The notes under the pieces: model-generated | Told to the model about the DNA's origin: nothing | What the model saw: only the letters and a program-made list of their open reading frames with translations | The model's database searches: none | Assembly: GCA_037129835.1 (NCBI GenBank) | Contig: JBAXUE010000002.1 | Location: 2,334-66,333, forward strand | Direction of reading: 5' to 3' | Origin: a bacterium | Lineage (GTDB): Bacteria; Patescibacteriota; CPR2; UBA1875; CAIMLA01 | DNA: 64,000 bases | Position numbers and translations under genes: made by a program | In this document: in pieces, positions 58,324 to 64,000 of the stretch | Layout: every line of letters begins with the position of its first letter | Position numbering within the stretch: position 1 is the stretch's first letter

Positions 58324-59253
58324 ATGACAGACAAGCACATTCCGGTTCTTTTACATGAAGTTATCGAGCTTCTTGATCCAAAGCCAGGCAAAAACTACAT
58401 AGATGCCACTTTGGGTTTTGGGGGTCATAGCGAAGCTATATTATCGGCTATTTCACCAAATGGGAAATTACTAGGTATCGACCAAGATGAAGACGTGATG
58501 AAGTATACCAAAGAACGTTTGCAGAAATTTGGAGATAGATTCAGTACAGTTATAGGGAATTTCTCACAAATTGACGAAATAGGCCGGCAGATAAAGGTTA
58601 CGGGGGGAATTCTCGCAGATATCGGCGTGTCTAGTTACCAGCTCGATACACCAGAGAGAGGTTTTTCGTTTCGTGACAAAGGCCCGCTAGACATGAGGAT
58701 GGATCAAAGTTCGGAATTGACTGCTTCTATCATAGTAAATACTTATACAGAGCAAGAAATTTCGAAAATTATCAGAGATTTTGGTGAAGAGAGATTCGCG
58801 AAAAGAATCGCAACGAGAATTGTCGAGGCAAGAAAGACAAAGCACCTTGAGACCACAAAAGAGCTAGCCGAAATAGTCTCGGCAGCAATACCGAGAAAGT
58901 TTTGGCCCGACAGAATAAGTCCGGCGACCAAAACATTTCAAGCTATCAGAATGGCTGTAAACGATGAATTAGGTTCACTAGAGATGTTTTTACCAGCTGC
59001 TGTAGAGATATTACAGCCCGGAGCCAGACTAGCAGTAATAACCTTTCACTCTTTGGAAGACAAGATAGTAAAGGGATTTATGACAAAATCAGCGAGGCCA
59101 TGTACGTGTCCTCCAGAGTTTCCAAAATGCATCTGTGAGAAAAAGGCCAAAATCGTATTGGTAACTAGAAAGCCGGTGATAGCAGCAGCAAAAGAAATAA
59201 TAGATAATCCGCGTAGTCGTAGCGCGAAACTAAGAGTAATAGAAAAAATTTAA
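58324..59253 (+). CDS. rsmH: 16S rRNA m4C1402 methyltransferase
   Basis: HIPVLL, DATLGFGGHS, PLDMRM, FHSLEDK, NPRSRSAKLR. Confidence 0.97.
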   Translation: MTDKHIPVLLHEVIELLDPKPGKNYIDATLGFGGHSEAILSAISPNGKLLGIDQDEDVMKYTKERLQKFGDRFSTVIGNFSQIDEIGRQIKVTGGILADIGVSSYQLDTPERGFSFRDKGPLDMRMDQSSELTASIIVNTYTEQEISKIIRDFGEERFAKRIATRIVEARKTKHLETTKELAEIVSAAIPRKFWPDRISPATKTFQAIRMAVNDELGSLEMFLPAAVEILQPGARLAVITFHSLEDKIVKGFMTKSARPCTCPPEFPKCICEKKAKIVLVTRKPVIAAAKEIIDNPRSRSAKLRVIEKI

Positions 59254-59274
59254 ATATAAAACGGAGGGGGACAA

Positions 59275-59616
59275 GTGAGGGACAGGAACAAAAGACGTAA
59301 ATATAACAAAGGATATAAGGCTACTTTCAAGCTTTCAAAAGTAGGAGTAATGATTTCGTTATTTTCTTTGGTACTAGTCATGGGTCTACTCTTTCTCTCA
59401 CAATCCAATCAAATGGCTACGTCTGGATATGACATAGCGAAGTTGAAAGAAGATGCAAAAGAACTCAAATCACAAAACGAACAGCTACAGATACAAGCAT
59501 CAAGGCTTCAGTCTATTCAAAATATTGATGGTGGAATCAAAAATTCTGGCATGGTTCCAGTTGGCCAAATTAATTATTTACCAGGAAATACAAACGTCGC
59601 GACAAGCATAAAATAA
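59275..59616 (+). CDS. ftsL: FtsL-like cell division protein
   Basis: Basic N-terminus, one TM, coiled coil; position between rsmH and ftsI. Confidence 0.7.
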   Translation: MRDRNKRRKYNKGYKATFKLSKVGVMISLFSLVLVMGLLFLSQSNQMATSGYDIAKLKEDAKELKSQNEQLQIQASRLQSIQNIDGGIKNSGMVPVGQINYLPGNTNVATSIK

Positions 59617-59662
59617 GTAAATCGGGGGGTGTTTGTAGTATAATATACGCAAGCACAAAAAT

Positions 59663-61375
59663 ATGAGAAATTACCAACACTCAGATATCCAAAGAGATAG
59701 AACCCCGATAGTAATAATTCTGTTCGTAATCCTTACAGCAGTAATTGCTGCAAGGCTTTTTTATTTACAAGTTATTGAGCACAAAACTTATGTAGCGCTT
59801 GCATCGTCTCAACATTCGCTTAAAGACACTATATATGCTAAAAGGGGGCAAATATTTGTTGACGACAGTATTTCTGATACAAGCTATGTTGTCGCCAGCA
59901 ATCAATCACTAGATTTGGTTTATATAAATCCCCATGAAATCGAAAATAAGAAAGACACGATTGCTAAGCTTTCCTCAATAATAAGCGTCAGTTTAGCCGA
60001 TATAGAGGCTAAGTATGATGAAAAATTGATGTATATCAGGATAAAACATCGTTTGACTCCGGCAGAAAGTAAAGCAATCGAGTCGGCTGAAATGAAGGGG
60101 GTAGGCCTGCAAAATGAGAATTGGAGGTATTATCCAGAAAATTCCTTAGCTTCATCTGTCCTGGGATTTGTAAATGATGAGTCTGTAGGGACATATGGTA
60201 TCGAGCAACATTATAATGATAGTCTTGAGGGAGTTAATGGATATCTTAATGAAGAAGTAGATCCATATGGTAATAAAATAGCTTTCGGTAAGGATATTTC
60301 AAAGCCTGCGGTAAACGGTTCTGATATTTATCTTACGATAGATCGGTATATTCAGCAAAAAGCAGAAACTTTTTTAGCTGACGCAATAAAGAAATACTCA
60401 GCAAAGAGTGGCTCGGTAATAGTGATGGATAAAACAACTGGTAAGATAACTGCACTTGCTAATTTTCCTACCTTTGATCCTAATAAATTTACTGAAGTAA
60501 AAGATAACGCGGCTTTTAGAAACAAAGCGATCAGCGATGTCTATGAGCCAGGCTCGGTATTTAAGGCGGTCACCATGGCTGCAGGCATTGATTCTGGCAA
60601 AATAACACCAGATTCCACGTTTACAGATACAGGTTCAATTGTTTTAAATGATAACTCGATAAAAAATTCTGATCTCAAGGCTCATGGTGTTTGTACTATG
60701 ACTACAGTACTTTCAAAATCTTTGAATACTGGGACGACATATGTAGAGCAACTTATGGGTAAAAATGTTTTTTATGATTATATCAAGAAGTTCGGTTTTG
60801 GTACCCAGACCGGTATCGAACTTGGTGACGAAGAGGTAGGATTTTTTAATAAACCAGAAAATTTTAATGACCATGGATACGCCACTATGAGCTTCGGTCA
60901 AAGTATCTCGACGACCCCAATACAAATGGTTCAAAGCTTCGCAACACTTGCCAACAACGGTGTTATGATGAAACCTTATATTATAGATAAGGTAGTACAG
61001 CCAGATGGCAAAGAGACTGTAACTAAGCCCAAAGAAGTAAGGCGGGTCGTTTCAGAAAAAACCGCTTTGCAATTACAGACTATGCTTGTAGATGTTGTTG
61101 TCAACGGTCATGGGTTTCAGGCCAAGATAAAAGGCTATAAAATAGCCGGTAAAACTGGCACAGCCCAGGTTATTGATCCTAATGGTGGATATCTTGACGG
61201 CAAAAACATCGGCACTTTTATTGGTTTCCCGGTAGCAGAGAACGCGAACTTCGTTGTTCTTGCGAAGATAGACGAACCAACCGGTGTGCCTTGGGCAGAA
61301 GAATCAGCGGCGCCCCTAGTAGCACAAATGCTAGATTTCTTACTAAAGTATTATCAGATACCACCTACGGAGTAA
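59663..61375 (+). CDS. ftsI: Class B PBP, FtsI family
   Basis: KRGQI, RYYP, YEPGSVFK (SxxK), SLN, KTGTAQ. Confidence 0.93.
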   Translation: MRNYQHSDIQRDRTPIVIILFVILTAVIAARLFYLQVIEHKTYVALASSQHSLKDTIYAKRGQIFVDDSISDTSYVVASNQSLDLVYINPHEIENKKDTIAKLSSIISVSLADIEAKYDEKLMYIRIKHRLTPAESKAIESAEMKGVGLQNENWRYYPENSLASSVLGFVNDESVGTYGIEQHYNDSLEGVNGYLNEEVDPYGNKIAFGKDISKPAVNGSDIYLTIDRYIQQKAETFLADAIKKYSAKSGSVIVMDKTTGKITALANFPTFDPNKFTEVKDNAAFRNKAISDVYEPGSVFKAVTMAAGIDSGKITPDSTFTDTGSIVLNDNSIKNSDLKAHGVCTMTTVLSKSLNTGTTYVEQLMGKNVFYDYIKKFGFGTQTGIELGDEEVGFFNKPENFNDHGYATMSFGQSISTTPIQMVQSFATLANNGVMMKPYIIDKVVQPDGKETVTKPKEVRRVVSEKTALQLQTMLVDVVVNGHGFQAKIKGYKIAGKTGTAQVIDPNGGYLDGKNIGTFIGFPVAENANFVVLAKIDEPTGVPWAEESAAPLVAQMLDFLLKYYQIPPTE

Positions 61376-61379
61376 TATT

Positions 61380-62660
61380 GTGAAAAAAATTTTATTAAAA
61401 ATATTAAAAAAATTAGCGAAAGACTATCTGCTTCGAAATAAAATAGAAGTAATCGCTATCACTGGTAGTGCAGGTAAAACAACTACTAAAGTCGCTTTAG
61501 GGCATATATACAAAGATGATAGTTCTGTATTTGTGCCGACTCTTGGTTACAATACGGAAAGTGGCGTACCTCTTGCTATTTTTGACCTAAAATCACCCAA
61601 AAATCCCAAAAATCCAATATCTTGGGTGTTTATAGTTATTAAAGTTTATTTAAGAAGCTTGGGCAAACCAATCTATAAGACAATTGTCTTAGAATATGGC
61701 GCCGATGCGCCGGGGGATATTGATTATCTCGTTGATCTGGCGAGTCCTCACATAGGTGTTATAACGACAATTTTACCAGTTCATATAGAGGGATTCGTTA
61801 ATATAAAAAATATCTGCAAAGAAAAAAGTAAGATTTTTTCCAAGATGACAGAAGACGACTTCGCGATTATGAATTTTGATAATAAATATATTAAAGAAAT
61901 GGCAAATAATACAAAAGCAAAGATAATTTCATATGGAAGTGAAATAACAGATTCTATCTATTTAAAGGATATATTAGCGAGAGAAACTGGTCTAAGCGGG
62001 GATTTGGTTTGGCAAGACAATTTAGAGCATTTTAGAACAAAAGTAATAGCAACTCAACTTACACCAAGTATTATCGGAGCTGTTGGCGTGGCTTTGGCAA
62101 GAAACGGGGATATAAAAGAAATATTAAAAGCACTCGAGGATTTCTATCCAGAAAAGGGAAGAGTTAACCTTTTAGAGGGGTTGCACGACAGTGTAATAAT
62201 AGATGATAGCTACAATTCAAACCCTGAATCTGCAAGAGCCGCTCTTGAGGTGTTAGAATTATTTAAAAACAAACGTAAGATCGCCGTTCTGGGTTCGATG
62301 AATGAGCTGGGTGGTTATGCTAAAGTGGGGCACGAAGAGGTGGCCATGAAGGCACTGATGTGTGCAGATATTATAGTTACAGTAGGAGATTTGTCTGGTA
62401 AATTTATATATCCAAAGGCATTAGAGAAAAAAGATAATACTAGGTGCTATAAATTTGATGATTTTATCGGCGCAGGTGTTTTCTTAAAGGGCTTTATAAA
62501 GGAGAATGATGTGATACTATTTAAGGGCTCACAGAATGGCGTTCTTCTCGAGGAAGCAATTAAGTATATTATGAAAGAACCGGAACGAGCACAGGATTTA
62601 TTAGTTCGTCAGACACCAATGTGGCAACAAAAAAAATCTTTAATAAAAAAGGGGAAATAG
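61380..62660 (+). CDS. murF: UDP-MurNAc-tripeptide--D-Ala-D-Ala ligase
   Basis: ITGSAGKTTTK, IDDSYNSNP, LGSMNELG, KGSQ. Confidence 0.93.
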   Translation: MKKILLKILKKLAKDYLLRNKIEVIAITGSAGKTTTKVALGHIYKDDSSVFVPTLGYNTESGVPLAIFDLKSPKNPKNPISWVFIVIKVYLRSLGKPIYKTIVLEYGADAPGDIDYLVDLASPHIGVITTILPVHIEGFVNIKNICKEKSKIFSKMTEDDFAIMNFDNKYIKEMANNTKAKIISYGSEITDSIYLKDILARETGLSGDLVWQDNLEHFRTKVIATQLTPSIIGAVGVALARNGDIKEILKALEDFYPEKGRVNLLEGLHDSVIIDDSYNSNPESARAALEVLELFKNKRKIAVLGSMNELGGYAKVGHEEVAMKALMCADIIVTVGDLSGKFIYPKALEKKDNTRCYKFDDFIGAGVFLKGFIKENDVILFKGSQNGVLLEEAIKYIMKEPERAQDLLVRQTPMWQQKKSLIKKGK

Positions 62661-62661
62661 A

Positions 62662-63723
62662 ATGATTTCAGTCTCACCGTTTATCAGCTTAAATAACGAA
62701 GTAATATTACCTCAATTAGTTAGGATATTAAGTTTTGCGGGACTTAGTTTTGTCCTCGCGATGTTGGTAACCCCAGTGTTCACATATTTTGCCTACAAGT
62801 TTCAGTGGTGGAAACAGGTTAAAGACACGGCTTGGATCGGTGGCGGCAAAGAAAAAGCGCCAGTTTTCCATAAGTTACATGCGGCCAAACATAAAAGAAA
62901 AATTCCAACTATGGCGGGAATAATAATTTGGTCAGTAGTCGCCATTATAACTATATTCTTCAACTTAGATCGTTCTCAAACTTGGTTACCCCTTTTTACC
63001 TTAATATCAATTGGTATATTGGGTCTTTTTGATGATTATATTAATATTCGTTCTGACGGCGGAATAGCGGGTTTAAAGGCTAAAGTAAAATTTAGTTGGT
63101 TGCTATTGTTTGCTGGAGCTGGTGCCTGGTGGTTTTATGCAAAACTTGGTACTAACTTTATTCACGTTCCTGGTATGGGAGATTATACGATAGGTTGGTT
63201 ATATATCCCTTTATTTATCCTCGTCGTAGTATCTACTGCCAGCGCCGTAAATATTACTGATGGCCTAGATGGTCTTTCCGGGGGACTATTATCTGCTGCC
63301 TTTGGAGCTTATGCTATAATTGCATTTTTTCAAGGTAATTTCGGATTAGCTATATTTTGTGGCACGGTAGTAGGCGCAGTTCTTGCTTATACTTGGTTTA
63401 ATATATACCCAGCTAGATTCTTTATGGGGGATACGGGTGCAGTCTCTCTGGGGGCAACCCTCGGCGTTGTTGCTATGCTTACAAATACTGCCCTTGTTTT
63501 GCCAGTTATTGGAATTGTTTTCGTTATAGAGACCATGTCAGATATCATCCAGCTCTTTTCTAAAAAGTTTTTTGGACGGAAGGTCTTTCTTTCAGCGCCG
63601 ATTCATCATCATTTTGAAGCCAAAGGTTGGCCGGAGACAAAGGTAACGATGCGTTTTTGGATTATCGGAGCAATTGCAGCCTTTATGGGCGTAGTATTGG
63701 CTCTCGTTGGAAGGGGAATGTAA
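62662..63723 (+). CDS. mraY: Phospho-N-acetylmuramoyl-pentapeptide transferase
   Basis: PTMAG, DD, NITDGLDGL, FMGDTG, APIHHHFE. Confidence 0.97.
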   Translation: MISVSPFISLNNEVILPQLVRILSFAGLSFVLAMLVTPVFTYFAYKFQWWKQVKDTAWIGGGKEKAPVFHKLHAAKHKRKIPTMAGIIIWSVVAIITIFFNLDRSQTWLPLFTLISIGILGLFDDYINIRSDGGIAGLKAKVKFSWLLLFAGAGAWWFYAKLGTNFIHVPGMGDYTIGWLYIPLFILVVVSTASAVNITDGLDGLSGGLLSAAFGAYAIIAFFQGNFGLAIFCGTVVGAVLAYTWFNIYPARFFMGDTGAVSLGATLGVVAMLTNTALVLPVIGIVFVIETMSDIIQLFSKKFFGRKVFLSAPIHHHFEAKGWPETKVTMRFWIIGAIAAFMGVVLALVGRGM

Positions 63724-64000
63724 GTGGCATTACGCCGAAGCCAAATTAAAACAGGTCAAAATCGTGGAGGAAGTGGAAAAGTTGACTATGTAATGCTTTT
63801 TTTAATTCTTGGGCTAACGCTTTTCGGATTGGTTATGGTTTCTTCGGCATCAGTTGTGATGAGTAAGACTGGAATAGGCGAAGAAAATCATTATCTCTTT
63901 TCTCAGCTTGCTAGCGGTTTTATTGGTTTAGTTGCGATGTTCATAGCGGCAAAAATCGATTATCAGGTTTGGAAGAAGGTCGCCCCATTAATGTTTATTG
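63724..64000 (+). CDS. ftsW: FtsW (SEDS family), N-terminal part, runs off the window
   Basis: GTG start; VDYVMLFLILGLTLFGLVMVSSAS is typical of the FtsW N-terminus. Confidence 0.8.
   Translation, partial: MALRRSQIKTGQNRGGSGKVDYVMLFLILGLTLFGLVMVSSASVVMSKTGIGEENHYLFSQLASGFIGLVAMFIAAKIDYQVWKKVAPLMFI

Noticed and set aside
1-64000. Alternative genetic code (TGA read as Gly or Trp), inteins or introns in core genes, and the many short antisense ORFs
   Set aside because: TGA ends ORFs (303, 47280, 30134) and no conserved gene is interrupted; core proteins have normal lengths; antisense ORFs are shadows of conserved genes

Overview
Core-genome window, with nearly all genes on the + strand, from a bacterium using genetic code 11. 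It is most likely a Patescibacteria/CPR member (inference): rpmD/L30 is absent between rpsE and rplO, adk/map are absent after secY, rpsJ is split from rplC, and several r-proteins have Lys/Glu-rich tails. Order of contents: clpC end, PIN/TRAM, murB; class A PBP; tyrS, recG, comEA; tRNA-Leu, trxA, tig, clpP; NIF3-like; rpoBC; str, S10, spc and alpha r-protein clusters; K+ channel/RCK protein, rluA, holB, PSP1, TPR; tRNA Thr-Tyr-Thr, rpmG, tRNA-Trp; secE-nusG-rplK-rplA; desulfoferrodoxin; three paralogous surface proteins; start of the dcw cluster (mraZ to ftsW). Most interesting observations: (1) a radical SAM + DegT aminotransferase + Nudix operon inserted between rpsJ and rplC, resembling the logic of 3'-amino-nucleotide (puromycin-type) synthesis; (2) a ~100-nt covarying two-hairpin element abutting the acceptor stem of 4 of the 5 tRNAs; (3) a promoter-driven, ~290-nt structured ncRNA candidate between murB and the PBP gene; (4) a ~3 kb serine-recombinase element at tRNA-Trp; (5) two further dispersed palindrome families placed next to ribosome-binding sites; (6) a K+ channel homolog lacking the TVGYG filter. 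All calls were made by eye; no searches or folding programs were run.
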